Assembly: GCA_973895155.1 (NCBI GenBank)
Contig: OZ316898.1
Coordinates: 7,923,079 to 7,987,078 of the forward strand
Source of the DNA: Marsupella aquatica
Lineage: Eukaryota > Plantae > Marchantiophyta
DNA length: 64,000 nucleotides
Direction: 5' to 3'
Shown here: piece by piece, positions 23,310 to 37,600 of the stretch
Layout: each line of letters opens with the position of its first letter
Numbering within the stretch: the stretch's first letter is position 1
The notes under the pieces: model-generated
What the model saw: only the letters and a program-made list of their open reading frames with translations
What the model was told of the DNA's origin: nothing
Databases searched by the model: none
Made by a program: the position numbers and the translations under genes

Positions 23310-24730
23310 AAGTCGGTTAGCTACGTGCTTAAACCTGGACAGAATGACATATCTCTAATGTTCGACCTTTCCCTACAACCCTGCCAAATTTTTATCTGCT
23401 CCATTCAGTCAGTAACGTGCTTAATAAACCTGGACAGAATGATTCGACCTTTCCCATTTAACCCCTACCAAATCTGTCTGCTCGATTCACTCAGTTACGT
23501 GCCCTAACCTGGACAGAATGATGCTTCAAAAATGCTCGACCTTTCCCATTTAACACCACCCAAATCTTTGTTGGCTCTATCCACTCAGCCACGTGCTTAA
23601 ACCACACCCTCATTCCATGTCTCACTATTCATTATAAAAGGTGGAACACTAGCACCTATTGTGTAATATTTGTTAAAAAAAAGTATTTTGCAGTCAACAT
23701 TTTATTTTATTTCTGAATTTATACTCTTTAGAATGAGAGTTACATGGTTTTTACTTCCTATAAAAAATGGAACACTAACACCTTTTGTGGTGTACTTGTT
23801 ACAAAATGTCATTATAAAAAATTTATTCCATGTCTCACTATTTACATATCATAAAAGGTGCAACACTAGCACCTTTTGTGGAGTAACACTTAACACCTTT
23901 TGTGGAGTACTTGCTAAAAAATGGTTTTGAAATCAATATCTTATTCCATTTCTGAACTTATACTCCTTGGAATGAGAGCTATGGAGAGCTATGGGTTTTG
24001 CAGTACTTATTCCATTTTTGAACTTATTCCATTCATGAATTGGGTGTTGTGTTCCTTTATTCCATTTATGAACTGGGTTTTGCAATAAACCTTATTCCAT
24101 TTTGCAATCAGCACCTTATTCCATTTCTGAACTTATTCCTTCCATTTCTGAACTTATTCCATTTATGAACTAGCCCTTAAGCACCATTTCTGAACTTATT
24201 CCTTCCATTTCTGAACTAGCCCTTAAGCACCATTTCTGAACTTATTCCATTTATGAACTACGGGTTACCCATAGCCCTTAAGCACCTTTATTCCATTTAT
24301 GAATTGGGTTTTGCAGTCAGCACCTTATTCCATTTATGAACTTAATACTCATTAGAATGAGAGCTACTGGTTGCCCGTACCTTTATAGGGTCAGGTGTGG
24401 TGTAACCCTGACCACAATGATGCCATTAATGCTCGACCTTTCCCATTCAAATCTGTCTGCTCGATTCACTCAGCTACGTGCTTAACCCTGACCACAATGA
24501 TGCTCAACGAACGCTCGACCTTTCCCATTCAACTGTACCAGATCTTGATCTCCTTCATTCACTCAGCTACGTGCTTAAACTGCATCTCAGATGCTCAAAC
24601 GAACGCTCGACCTTTTCCATTCAACTCTGCCAGATCTTTATCTGCTTCATTCACTCAGCCACTTACTTCAACCTGGACAGATGTGCTAAACTAATGCTCG
24701 ACTTTTCCCATTCAACCGTAACAGATCTTG
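23310..24730. repeat. Composite repeat region: about 7 degenerate 80-93 bp units (core ctcagctacgtgcttaa...ctcgacctttcccatt), split by an AT-rich block with cttattccatttMtgaac repeats
   Basis: The core motif recurs near 23361, 23444, 23535, 24432, 24514, 24607 and 24697. The internal block at 23610-24370 carries many ttattccatt copies. Confidence 0.75.
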
Positions 24731-24946
24731 TTTGCCATCTGATAGGGCGGTAGAAGCAATCGAGTTCTGCTAAACACTAATTAGGTCGTTCGGCTCACGT
24801 CGCCTTAAAAGGTGTATATGTGGAAGTGGAACAAAGTACTACGGGCAATTAACGAAGTGAGTTCTAGGCACCACAAATAAGTCTCACATTCAAGTAGAAA
24901 AGGAGTTAAGCAAGCCGTTTCAGGCCGATAATACTATTACTTTCAA

Positions 24947-25003
24947 TTGGCAGATAATACTATCACTTTCAATTGGCAGATAATACTATCACTTTCAATT
25001 GGC
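24947..25003. repeat. 25-bp tandem repeat (about 3 copies counting the copy from ~24927) downstream of HSP90
   Basis: gataatactatcactttcaattggca is repeated. Confidence 0.8.
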
Positions 25004-25341
25004 AAATCCTGCCGAAAGTGGCAGCGTTGGGGAAGCTTGAATAGTTGTGACCAAAATTCAAAGTTGGGTCACTTGTGATAAAGACACTACTCCACGAAAC
25101 ACAACGACCCACAGATACACTAGCACTCCTAGCATGAACACGAGGATCATCAGAACTTACAAAATGACTACATCTGCTTAATGGTCCCCCAGCCAGTTGT
25201 TGCTCAAAGTCAGATAACTCAGGGTGGTGCAGACACCCGATAACACAGGGGACAAAATTTAAGGACAGAAAAAATGCCTAGACGTAGTACTCTCGTGGCG
25301 GGAACTTCACAGGGCGAAGTTAGAACAGTGTAGGAATCGAC

Positions 25342-27462
25342 TTAGTCGACCTCCTCCATTCTGCTTCCCTCGGCGTCAGCATCAGCCTCTAGAGCGGGCA
25401 TATCAGCATCAATGTCTGGGATTGCCTCGTCGTCGATGCTCAAACCCAGCTTCAACATCTTGTGGATGCGAGAGCCAAAGGCGTTGGGGTCATCTAGACT
25501 AAATCCTGAGGTGAGTAATGCGGTCTCAAACAGAAGTAAGGCGAGGTCTTTCACCGACTTGTCATTCTTATCTTCATCTGCTCTCTTCCTAAGCTCATCA
25601 ATGATAGAATTATCAGGATTAATTTCTAGAATCTTCTTCGAGGACATGTAGCTGGACATGCTGCTATCACGCAACGCCTGCGCCTTCATGATGCGCTCCA
25701 TGTTTGCAGTCCACCCATACTCACCTGTTACTAGACAACAAGGAGAATCTACCATATGGTCAGAGACGACCACTTTCTCTACCTTCTCTCCGAGAATGTC
25801 CTTCAAAACCTTTGTCAAATTCTCGAAGGAAGCCTTCTTCTCTTCAGCCCGTTTCTTCTCGTCCTCCGTCTCTTCCAGCTTCAATCCTTCCTTGGTGGAA
25901 GAAACAAGCTTGTGTCCATCGTATTCCTTGAGCTGTCCAACGGCATACTCATCGATGGTGTCAACCATGAAGAGGACCTCAAACCCCTTCTTCTTCAACT
26001 TCTCCAGGAAGGGCGAATTCTCGACAGCCTTCTTGCTCTCCCCGGTGATATAATAGATATCCTTCTGCCCCTCCTTCATCCTCGTAACGTAATCCTTGAG
26101 GCTGGTTTGCTCCGCACCACTCTTTGTGGAATGATACCTCAGCAACTCTGCAAATTTAGCTCTATTCTGACTATCCTCGTGGATGCCCAGTTTGATGTTC
26201 TTCGAGTATGCCTCATAGAACTTGTCGTATTCTTCCTTATTCTCAGTAAGTTCTGTGAACATTTCGAGACACTTCTTCACAAGGTTTTTCCTAATTACCT
26301 TCAAAATCTTGTTCTGCTGCAGAGTCTCACGGGAAATGTTAAGAGGCAAATCCTCTGAATCGACCACACCTTTCACGAAGCTCAAGTATTCGGGAATGAG
26401 CTCCTCGCAGTTGTCCATGATGAAGACTCGCCTCACGTACAGTTTGATATTGTTCTGTTTCTTCTTGGTATCGAAAAGGTCGAAGGGAGCTCGCTTGGGT
26501 ACGAATATGACAGCCTTAAATTCCAGCTGACCTTCCACAGAGAAGTGCTTCACAGCCAGATGCTCCTCCCAGTCGTTCGTCAAGCTCTTGTAAAACGCCG
26601 CGTACTCATCCTTCGTGATGTCCTCCGGCTTCCTCAGCCAGATGGGCTTCTGGGTGTTAACAAGGCTCCACTCATGAGACACTGATTTGACCTTCTTCTT
26701 CTTCTTTTCCTTCTCCTTGTCTTCATCTACCTCTTCGATTTTACCCTCCTCGTCCTCTTTAGTTTCCTCGTCCTTCTCTTCCTCATCGTCAGAGACTTCG
26801 ACCTCGGCGGTCTTCTCAATCCACAACGAGATGGGATAGCCGATGAACTCAGAGTGCTTCTTCGTCAGTTCTTTCAGTCTCTTCTCCTCCAGGTACTCCA
26901 GCTGATCCTCCTTGAGATACAGGGTGATCTTGGTACCACGCCCAAGCTGCTCACCGTGGGCATCACGAGTCACGGTGAACGACCCACCAGCCTGCGACTC
27001 CCAGATGTACTGCTCGTCATCATTGTGCTTCGAGGTGACGATCACCTTCTCGGCAACCAAGTATGCACTGTAAAACCCCACACCAAACTGACCAATCATG
27101 CTTACATCAGCTCCAGCACTCAGAGCTTCCATGAACTCCTTCGTCCCGGATCTTGCGATGGTACCCAAGTTGTTAACCATATCGGCCTTCGTCATTCCAA
27201 TACCGCTATCAATGATGGTCAGAGTGTTGCTGGCCTTGTCGGGGATGATATGGATGAACAGCTCGGCTTGGCCATCCAGCTTGCTTTTGTCCGTGAGGCT
27301 TTGGAACCGGATTTTGTCCAAAGCGTCGGAAGCGTTACTGATCAACTCACGGAGGAAAATCTCCTTGTTGCTGTAGAAAGTGTTGATAATCAAACTAAGT
27401 AGCTGGTTGATCTCAGCCTGGAAGGCGAAGGCCTCGACATCCCCATCCTGAGCGGTCGCCAT
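25342..27462 (-). CDS. HSP90: Cytosolic heat shock protein 90 (706 aa), CDS without introns
   Basis: [42 protein letters not shown], charged linker and C-terminal MEEVD. Confidence 0.98.
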   Translation of the reverse strand: MATAQDGDVEAFAFQAEINQLLSLIINTFYSNKEIFLRELISNASDALDKIRFQSLTDKSKLDGQAELFIHIIPDKASNTLTIIDSGIGMTKADMVNNLGTIARSGTKEFMEALSAGADVSMIGQFGVGFYSAYLVAEKVIVTSKHNDDEQYIWESQAGGSFTVTRDAHGEQLGRGTKITLYLKEDQLEYLEEKRLKELTKKHSEFIGYPISLWIEKTAEVEVSDDEEEKDEETKEDEEGKIEEVDEDKEKEKKKKKVKSVSHEWSLVNTQKPIWLRKPEDITKDEYAAFYKSLTNDWEEHLAVKHFSVEGQLEFKAVIFVPKRAPFDLFDTKKKQNNIKLYVRRVFIMDNCEELIPEYLSFVKGVVDSEDLPLNISRETLQQNKILKVIRKNLVKKCLEMFTELTENKEEYDKFYEAYSKNIKLGIHEDSQNRAKFAELLRYHSTKSGAEQTSLKDYVTRMKEGQKDIYYITGESKKAVENSPFLEKLKKKGFEVLFMVDTIDEYAVGQLKEYDGHKLVSSTKEGLKLEETEDEKKRAEEKKASFENLTKVLKDILGEKVEKVVVSDHMVDSPCCLVTGEYGWTANMERIMKAQALRDSSMSSYMSSKKILEINPDNSIIDELRKRADEDKNDKSVKDLALLLFETALLTSGFSLDDPNAFGSRIHKMLKLGLSIDDEAIPDIDADMPALEADADAEGSRMEEVD

Positions 27463-28482
27463 GTTGGATTAGCTGCAGATTCTTCTGCACCGACAAAGAA
27501 GGACGGTTAACGACGGTCAGTACAAGGAATAAACCCTAGGATAGACCGGACCATGGATCACAACAGCGAGGGTCTTCCCCAAAATCAGGTCCATACGGCG
27601 GGTGGGGAAGAGGGACCGACACCACAAAAGACCACCCCTGCCTGACCTAACATCCAGCCACAAAACGGATCACGATACCTGAGGAAGAACAACCGGAAGA
27701 GTGGCCACTTCAAGAGACGAGAAAATAGAATGAAAGAACAACAACCATTCAGTGTTAGCAATCGAACAATCTACCAAGCCAAGCTCTGAAACCTCTAGAA
27801 GAAAGGGTTCAGAAAGATCCCAAGACCTGCCGGCCACGAGTACAGCAAACGAGAGGACAGACGAGGGGTGTTAACGACACAAGCAAGGAACAATCCCAGA
27901 GCTATCTCCCGTCACTAAACGATGCGTCAATCGTGGCAACAACCAGAATACTACTCTCGACCGTCTGAGAGCACTGAGGGAGCTGCTCCTCGAGAAAGAA
28001 GGTTCAACCCTAAGGCAGACCATCCAACTTCTTCCGGGCGAGCTGCGAACAACAGACCGCCGCAGACAGAGAAGCGAGTTTCCAGCTACACAAACAGAAA
28101 CCCCAACTTCCCCAGAGCCACAAGCAAACCAGCAACAGAGCTCCCAACAGGGCCGACCTCAGAATCTCTAGCCAACATTACTGCAGAGCGTAAAACCGAG
28201 GTACCATACCGTAATCAGCCGACCTAGGATGTGCGTCCGTCCACGCTCCGTGCTCTCGAGAAGATGAGAATGAATCAAGCAACCGACCGTCTGAGCACGG
28301 ACGAGAATAAGTAGTAGTGTGATGACGCGCGAGCAAGCAAACGACCCACTCGCTCGGCTTTCTCGCAGCTTTTCTGGCAACTCGCTCCTCTGCCTCCGGA
28401 CGCCCACCGCCGCTGAAAAAGAGAGTGTGGAAGAGAAGAAACAACTAGAAGGACGAAATGGAGTCTTCGAGAGAAAGCGCAC

Positions 28483-29020
28483 TGTTTATATCTCGGACTG
28501 TAGTAGTGACTCTCACTCCACTACTACTGCAAACCTCAGCTCGAACCGGGCGACGGTGACTACGACGGCGATGATGTCCAGAAGCTACTCCGCCACTGCG
28601 TACTGTACAAGGGTCGACGGCGACGACGTCTGGAAGGTACTGCGCGGAACTGCGCTACTGCTGTACTGTACAAGGGTCGACGGGGACGACGTCTGGAAGG
28701 TACTGCGCGGAACTGCGCCACTACTGTACTGTACAAGAGGCGACGGCGATGATGTCTGAAAGGTACTGCGCCGAACTGCGCACTATTTGTACTGTACTGT
28801 ACTGGTATCGACGACGACGACGTCTGAAGTGAACTGCGCCGAACTGCGCACTACTGTACTGTACTGTACTGGTGTCGACGACGACGCCGTCTGAAGGGTA
28901 CTGCGCCGAACTGCAATGGACTGTACTGGACTGTACTGTAGTCCTGTTGAGGACGACGATGACGGGTGAAGAATACTGCGCCAAACTGTGCACTACTGTA
29001 CCATACTACTGTCGACGTCG
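28483..29020 (-). promoter_or_regulatory. HSP90 promoter: TATA box at about 28483-28488, preceded by a 7-unit 53-74 bp tandem array carrying imperfect heat-shock-element-like motifs
   Basis: TATAAA on the - strand upstream of a pyrimidine-rich leader. The proximal units contain GTCnnGAAnnTAC (consensus TTCnnGAAnnTTC). Confidence 0.55.
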
Positions 29021-29775
29021 AGGCTCATCAAGCGCCTCTGCACAATCTCTGTCGTCCATTTTAGAGATGGACGATTCGGATTGAAAGGTTCTTTGAGCAT
29101 TTAATTAGGGGGTCTCAAATATAAGGCTGTGACTGTTTTCAAATAATCAATAGGGATGACAACCCTCTTCTTTCTTTTTGTTTTTCTGGCATTCCTGTTG
29201 TTTGTAACTTGAAAAATCTTGCTTTCTTCTGTTGGTGAGTGCTTTCTAGCTTGTGTTCTTGGGCCAGTTTGACGCTCCGGGAAGGAGTTCAGTTAAGTTC
29301 GGCCGGACACGGATAAAAAAAGTGTGGCACTTCCTGTTACTAGCCCGCACAGTCATCTCATGGAATTGTACCATTTCTTACTTGCAGTTTTTGTCAAATG
29401 GTCAATTCGGAGATTCACTCAGAGCCCAGCTTTCAAACATCAATGACCTAAGTTGTGGGGCATAAAAAAAACTGAGTGGGCAAAGATACCCTAATCTGTG
29501 AAAGTGAACTGCAGCATAGCATTAAGTCGTGGCCTTAATTTGATACCCCCTATTTGAAAACAACTACAGTAGAGCTGCCACTTTTGGTGCCCAAAGGATC
29601 ATGGTGCAAAGGGCTGTCAAAATTTGGCCCAGGGGACCCTCACAGCCAACCCGGTTAGGTTCAGCACGGTCACGGCCACAACTGAGACCTTGTCTGATGG
29701 AGTTTAGTACTGGGAGAAACTTGTCAGTCATTTCCTTTGACACTACTCATCCTACATTCCCTAAATAGCATCAAG

Positions 29776-29905
29776 GGATATACTTGATGGACCCCCAAGA
29801 TGTATTATTTGATGGATCTCATGAGTGATCCAGATGGTTGATAGACCTTAAATCAACATACTCAAAATCTCATGGGTCCACCACATTCCAAATTAGGGGT
29901 CCATG
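29776..29905. mobile_element. Short dispersed MITE-like repeat, copy 1 (inverted relative to 57781-57945)
   Basis: gatggacccc...catgagtgatcca...atagaccttaaatcaac...aaaatctca matches the reverse complement of about 57837-57941. Confidence 0.6.
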
Positions 29906-31655
29906 TCTTGTAAACAGCCTATCTTTTGCTCCTTTAAAGAAAGCCCACAGGATCAACACTTAACCATAACCCTAACCACATTCTGTTAACTTTAGACACT
30001 CATATGGAAAAAAGCTCCAATTGAAGGCAAGTGGGCCCTTATGTGGGGACGGCTACTGCATTCAGGATGGCAACTTATTGAGAGGGAAGGAAATGAATAT
30101 ATGCTTTGAGACTGTGAGGTCGTAACATCTGTCTCATGTGATGTGTCACACTTTTGAGACTTGTCTCAAACGCTAATAGCTGTGAGAGTTGCATGGTCAA
30201 ACAAGGTGATGCGTTTGAGAATCAATTAGGTGGGGGGAAGGGGGTTCAACAAGTTTTCCTTGGAATAGATTTTCATTTATATATTTAAAACAGTGAAAAC
30301 CCCATGGGGAGGGGGAGACAAGCAGCACTCACTTCCCATAACACAACCCTCGTACACTCACACCTACTAGCCTGATTACCCGTGCCTTGACAGTATAGAG
30401 ATGAAGACAAACAAGAATCTCGCAAAAAAAGGAATTCTATGTTATTTCTTCTTCTTTGCCATATCCCTGCTTTTTGTCCACCTTTACTGTCACTTTTGTC
30501 CTTATTTAGAGTCATAGTCAATTTTGTCCTTATTGAGGGTTATTCTTTAGAGCCTAGCCCTGAAAAGCAGCTTTGAATCTCAATTTATTAGTACAATTCA
30601 CTGAGTGTAGGAATAGATTTTGGGATCGCCCTCAATGTGTTGTATTTTTTTCAACTACCAGTGATGTGTTATATTATTCTCGACTATCGATTTTGGGATC
30701 CCCCTCAATGTGTTGCATTATTCTCGACTACCTCACCCCGAATATCGTTTAGAGGTTTTGAGTGGAGATTTTGAGATCACAGTCCTTTACTTGGTCTAGT
30801 TCAGTCAAGTGAAGCTTCTAGAATGAAACGGTCAAGTAGAAAGAAACTTCACCTCTGGGCTACTGGATTTTACCCCGTGACTTACCCTGATTATCGTTAG
30901 ACTTCTGGTCTGACATGGACAATTTGTTAGACGTTTGGTCTTACAGTGGGCAATTTATTCACTGTCTGTAGGAGCATTGCGTGAGAGTATTTTCAAAGTC
31001 TGTAAGCCATCGGGAGGTGTACGTGATTGAAGCAGGGATTGATAGAATAAAGAACAAAACCAACGTGTGCATATTTATGTGGAGATGTGCATAGGAATAC
31101 CAAACTGTTTGGTGATGAGGCAAAGGTGTCCCCACAGAAAATCTTCGTGGTTTGAAGCAATCTTCGATGAGTGTATAAAAGTCGATGCATAATTGCAGTA
31201 ATTTTTTGGTAGGTTGCTTGGTTTCTGATGCGGGCCATGAGAGATGATATCTTTAGTTGAATTGGAGCTCGTCTTAAATTGGGTAGGTCTCACAGATTAA
31301 CTTTCTCATATGGAAAGCCTTCTCAAACTTCGATGCATGAAGCCCATCCGCGTGGGAATCTGATCAGTGCAACATAGGAGAAGTATGCAATAGATCTCCT
31401 CAGTGCAAAGTACCCTTTTACTCCATTTTATTCAAATTTTTTCTGAACCCAAAGTTAATGAGCCATATGTTCAAGTTGGACATCAACGATTGAAAATTGG
31501 CACATCACTCCTAATTTACATGAAGGCAATAAAATCAGTATGATCGACATCACTTAGCTTCCATCACCAGTGCGTAGCTCTTGAGGCAACTGGCAACACT
31601 TACGTCTATTACAGGGCATATTTTCTCTGCTAGACAAACGTCCCCTTGCTCGTCT

Positions 31656-34600
31656 TTACAACACTTTTTTCAAGTCCAAAAGACCAGGTCTTTCCTGGTT
31701 AGCTGCAGCGATGTCCTCGGCTGATGCAACCGCAACTATCACGCCCTTATCTTTTACAGTCTCCAACGCCCTAGCGAACTTCCGGAAATCATCCACGCTG
31801 CAGAAATTACATAGAGGATCATTAGGACAATACACACAACCCATGCTAAAATTCATTTAAACTGGTCCAGCATTCGTGGCTGCTCAGTTCAGGATAGCCT
31901 ACGAAATTTCATTCCCAACCACACCTGTCAACGAAAACTGCCTCATTCTAACCGGCTTGGAGGACCGCAACAGAGTAAAGGCTGAATTACTGATCAGCTT
32001 CATCGACATGAAGTAATTAACCTTACCTCGTGGACAAGATCTCTTCCCGTCGCTGTTGTCTCTCTTCTTCAGTAATACCCATTAGGTAGCGCATGAAGCT
32101 GTACACAAGATCATGAGCCTTTCGGTTACTCTTAGTCATCTTTCTCTTTATCCAATCAAACAAATCCATCCAGAATGACTCCAACAAAGCTATACAAAAT
32201 CACTGGAGAACGAAAGGCAGCTACAAACCTGGAATAACCCTTGGCGTCAGGTAGTTGATAAGAATCTACATCTCCGATTGTGCCAATTATGGCCTTAGTC
32301 AAAGCATCTTCGTCTAACTCTAAACCTTTCAGGAAGTCCACTGTCCCATCATAGTTGTCGAGTGTCTTCAGGAGGTTGGGATCTCGGTATGATAAATACG
32401 AAAAGACCCCTGTATCGCAAATACGGAATCTCAATCCATAATGCATGAGAGATCAACAATCCAAGAGTATGATGGTGTTAACCGTACACCTTGTAGTCCA
32501 ATCCCCACTAGTAGAAAACCTTTCTTGCTAATGGACATCCTCCTCAACTACTTACCATGCCCCTAAGGTGATCTGTTACTAATAGAATATATTCAAGGTA
32601 CATGATGCAGTACGAGCACACGAACAAAAGGTGGGGTTTTCATTCCAGCAGGCTATGTGGACAACAACATGACTCACAAAGTAGGATCTTGACGACACTG
32701 GACTAAGTAAACCACAAGATCATAGGCATGACCAATCGAATTAACAGACACTATCAGAAGGTCATACATATCAGACATGCTCGGGAGTGGAGAATGAAAA
32801 CTCAGTGCATAAGAGAACCACATAGCAGGTATTTATCGTCTTCACGAGCACAAACCTGAGTGAGAATCAAATTCACAGAAGCCACCATAAGCACCTCCAC
32901 TTACTCGTACACGATCCCAGAGCCATGTGTTCCCGATGTATTTTGATATGACATATGAGCTGCCATCAAGTTCATAACCAGTCTCGTATATATTGGCTGC
33001 TTTCCCAACATAATTCACCTGCAGATGAAAATCAAGCCATAGGTTACAGTGTTTCGGTCAAACTAGGACACAGTTTACTTATCCATAAGCAAGGTCCAGT
33101 ACTCTCAAGAAAGTAAATTTGACAGTATGACTATCTCACGGTTACGCAAAATTTTTCACTTGTTACCTGGGTGGGTATGACAAGCCCTTCATTGTTACCA
33201 GGGAGAGAAGCGTTCCAAGGAGACGCGATCACACCACTGGTCTCTGGGAGGGAGTCGAGTAGTGCAGACACATGCTGATCCGCAGCAGTCATAATTTTTT
33301 CACTTGAAGTTAGATTCACAATTGCACTCTTCCTGGAAAGTAGAGCAGTTCTGATATCCTCAAGGGATTGAGCAACAGATGGCCAGTCTTCGTCCACACG
33401 CTTCTCCAAAGATCGAAGGAACTCCAGGTAGCTAGGACAAGTCAAGAAGTGCATCGTACAGTCAGTAGTGGGCTCGAGACAACAACGCATACACCGCACC
33501 CCAAATGTACATGACAGAACTCAAACAACAGAGCTACTAACGTTCTTCCAGAATTGTTTCCTGCCTGAATTATTTCTTGATTCAACCAAAGATGGGTTAC
33601 TGGTTCTCTCAGAACGTCACTAGCATGTAGTGGCTCAAGATGCAATAAACCGGAGATGGAGAGTCCACTCTCAGAAGCATTCAAGATCAACAAAACCAAG
33701 AACGAAACGCACAAACACTTGGATGAACGTGCATTTCGACTTAGAGATGGTTAGAGTGACAGAGCAACCGTGACTTAAAAAGGTGAAAGGAAAACCCACC
33801 TTAGGCCTCCCATTTGCTCACCAACCCATCCGGCCAGATTTAACTTTGCGTCCATCCTAGTGGCTGCAACAGAATGACCGCGGCCCGTAATGAAATCCTG
33901 CCACATCAGAAAAAACCACCAGAGTAAGACTAGGTCCACAACCGTCCTAACTCAGGGCCATATAAGGGAACTACGAGTGGAACATCAAGAAATGCTAGGA
34001 CTCATGATCAAAAGGTACACAATGGAATGTAATTGTACCTCCATCCGTGATTTTCTCTGGGATACAAATTGCTTAAATCTTTGGGAGTCTGTTAGCTGAA
34101 CATCTTTCAGAATTATGCCCATCTGGTCCAGCAAGGTAAACAACCAGGAGACAATGATAAGCAATTGGCTGAATATCAACGCTAACCCATATCCACATTA
34201 GAAACGTTTTTCTAGGCACCAGAGCCAGTCTTACTTTCAGACCGTACGCATGCAAGCTCAGCCGTGGGCATACTATTTGAGTGTCATCAAATGCAGAGGA
34301 AGCAGAAAAAAACACAGAGCGTCAAATAACCATAACGGTGGAAGACATTCGCACCAGTTTGAAGAGATCAGAAGATTGGCTAGCCATAGCCTTTCCCCTG
34401 ACAATGATTTTACTTAATGGTGTACTTCTACCCCGCACGGACGTAGTTAAGGGAAAAACAGATATTCCTCCTGTCTTGCGGCCAATGAGTTGACTCAACT
34501 GCACAAAATCCATGTCCTTTGTTCCCATCTCCAGCAATGATTGGCTGCATTAGGTACAGCTACAGAATTAGCCACTACAGCGAAGAATAAATCTAAATTT

Positions 34601-37600
34601 CTATTTGTATTTACGATTAAAGTATTTCGATGTCTCGCATAATGAATCGAATAAGTTTTTTCAATAATCTTACCCACAGGCTCACTATCTGACTGTTGCG
34701 AAATACCTCTGATTTTTTCGTACAAAATTAGTTTCGACCCCACTGTTTTCCTCTACACGTGCTGCTTATACTTCAATAACCTCGGGATCTTAAACCTTCA
34801 ATCCTCTACCTGGTCTCCATAGAATTACCAGTTTGAGCAAATTGTTGCACTTACTCTGGGTTCGAAATTAGTGTGGATTGGCAAGAATTAACCTGGACTG
34901 CCGAAATATTCTCGACGTTTTAGGGCAGAAAGAATTAGCCTACTGCATCGTATAACTTACATAGACCAGATTTTTGCCCGATTTTGAAATAGTTTGGTCC
35001 AGACCAAATGTTGTTGACGGTATAGTCAGTAGCACTTACCAAAACAAGGGAACCAGAGGAAGTAGTTCGGCCTTCACTGTGCTCATGTCTAAGGCAACTT
35101 CCGAATAAAGTACGTCATTGGTGAAAATGTCATGACGGAGTACCGTTGTCCCATTCAGTTCTCCCACCTAAATTCAAAACAATGAGTTCAGTTATATTTC
35201 ACGAGGTCCACACAATCAAGCATCAGCCCTGGCGTACAAATGTAGTGATGCAAAGAGGTACGGGTGTAAGGCATGGAAACAAATCGGGGCACATGTAACA
35301 CGGCTTGAACGTTTCAAAGCAATGACTTCACATATGGAAACCGATGAAACGATAGATGGGAACTGTACCGCAATAGGGACATGAATGGGAGTTTTAGGTA
35401 TGTCTTTCAATGATAAACATGGAACCACTCTCAACGCTTCAGGAGCATCAGGTGTTTCCTGCCTCAAGCGCAACTCCTCAGTCACACGAGTTAATTCAGC
35501 CAGATCTGCTTCGGTCATGCTTGCTTTCAATTTTGACAGTCTTTCAGCCTCCTCAGCTTCATCTCGTGCCCCTTTCTCTGGATCAGGCTGCATAACATTT
35601 CAGCTTAGAAAGCAGTAATTGTAAACTTCACTAGTTCCATCAGTTCCACCCAGTCAAACTACATGTCAGTCTAAGGTTCAGGTTCATGACGAGATATGTG
35701 CCACAAGACTTCTTACCTGCAATTCTACTGTTACAAGATGTTGATTGTCTAGAATGAACTCTTGGATGAGGGGAGAAAACACTCCTTTGATACCCTCATT
35801 TGCAATTCGTGCTTTAAATGCCTCAAGAGGCTTGGCGAACCGAAGAGGCTCAAAGGGGTCCCCTCCATACAACCACTTTCCCTGCACCAACACAGCTCAA
35901 ATGAGGTGACTCGGTTGGAATGGAATCTTGAGAATATCGCAATAGGATTTCCAATTCTACGTTCTAACAATCAACGTTACGTTACCCCGTGAGGCCAGCA
36001 ATTGAATGGCAGTGTAATGCAAAGGCGAGCCTTAGATGGATCTCAACTTGGAATAATACAAACACCACTATGCGTCGCGACGGTCACTTAGTGCCCACAA
36101 TAAGACTTACCATCGAACGGAGCATGAGTGACAGACCCCTAGGGAAAGAGCCAGTATTGTTCTCTCGCAGAGAAAATTCGACAGAGTTGATAGAAGCTTC
36201 CACAGCCTCTTCAGTGAAACCCTCATCTACCAATTTCTTGAAAGTGCTAAAGATAAGGTCTTCTACTTTTTGAATATTTTCGTCAGCGACGCCCTTCATT
36301 CCAACGCTGAACTGAGGTTGACGAAGCTCATCCTCAATACCCCCACCAACAATAGATTCTCCTAGTCCACTCTCCATCAGAGCCTTCCTAAGAGGGGCAG
36401 CTGGTGTGCCAAGAAGTAGATTGTCTAGGAAGCCAAGAGCCAATTCTGTTTCAAGGTCTAAGGGCTCGTCAGTCAGAAGCCAGTTCAAAGCCACCATATT
36501 CTTTTTAGCTGACTCGCTATCCTCCCCAACAGCGTACTTCTCCACTACCTTCTTTGGCTCTTTGAAGAGCTTCTGGATTGCAATTTCAGATTTTTGTGGT
36601 GAGGAGCTGACCTCGAACTGATCCAAGTACGCTGCAGCCAAGGCCAAACGAAGCGTCAACAATATACTTTCTATGGCTCCATGATGCAAAAACACACTCT
36701 TACTCCAGCTTCTAAGTCTGAAAGATTCATCATTTATGAACCACAAAGGCATCAAAGTAAGAATCACATAACTCTCAGCAGGTTAAATTCCTCAGCAACA
36801 TCCCGTTAACAGACCATGAGGGTTTTCTCAAAATCTAACTCTTGCTGAGATCTTTACTCAATATATGCTTCTTCGTACGATTAAAATTAGCGATTTCAGC
36901 CGTTCAACTTTCAGCCCCTGAACTCGCCCCTCAACGAGGAAGTGAAGTCTGAAGAACTCACCACTCAAGATCCGTAAGCGCTCATTGGCATCGTCATCCC
37001 CATAAAACCAGATTCGAGAATTACTTGGATGATAAAATTTGTCGTGAAAGTCCTGTGAGACAAAGATTTTGTAAAGATACTCGTGCAAATCCCCTCCCCG
37101 CAACTAGGCAGGATTCTATTTTCACAGCTATTTCGATGCACTAAACAAATTTTGCTCGTATTATCTCAGGCACGCGTCGGCTTGACCATAATTCATTTAA
37201 GCCAAGCATATGATTCTCCCACCATGAACAATGTGGTGGTGATTGTCAGCTCACCAAAACAGTACTTCCCCTACTTTAAATACATTCAAAGGCTAGAAAG
37301 CCTTGGCAGTTGTCTAGGAAGCTTGTCACAGTACCATGTTCGAGACATGATCAAGATGGGACATGAAAAGCATAGACTCACCACCCACACTCATTATTGA
37401 TACAGACCTTAAATCGTTCATAAGTAAGATTGGGAATAACTTTTGGGTCGCCTCCACTATCCACACCGTAAGTGTTGTCGGGAAACAAAGCCTGCGAAAG
37501 ATTTATATATCCATTCCACTCAATGATTGTAAAATGTAACAGTTATGTTGATCCAGGGTTGCAACAAATAAAATTTTGCAACCTATCTGCCTCCTTCAAA

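Noticed and set aside
23310-24730. CRISPR-like appearance of regularly spaced motifs (also 28555-29020 and 59960-60800)
   Set aside because: The intervening sequences are homologous rather than unique spacers, the repeats are degenerate, there are no cas genes and the context is eukaryotic.
25412-27402. Several long + strand ORFs (up to 200 aa) antisense to HSP90
   Set aside because: Expected shadow ORFs from the codon bias of a highly expressed gene; no recognisable domains.
28319-29084. ORFs with repeated YCTRVDGDDVWKVLRG peptides
   Set aside because: Translation of the 63-bp promoter minisatellite; neighbouring units break the frame.
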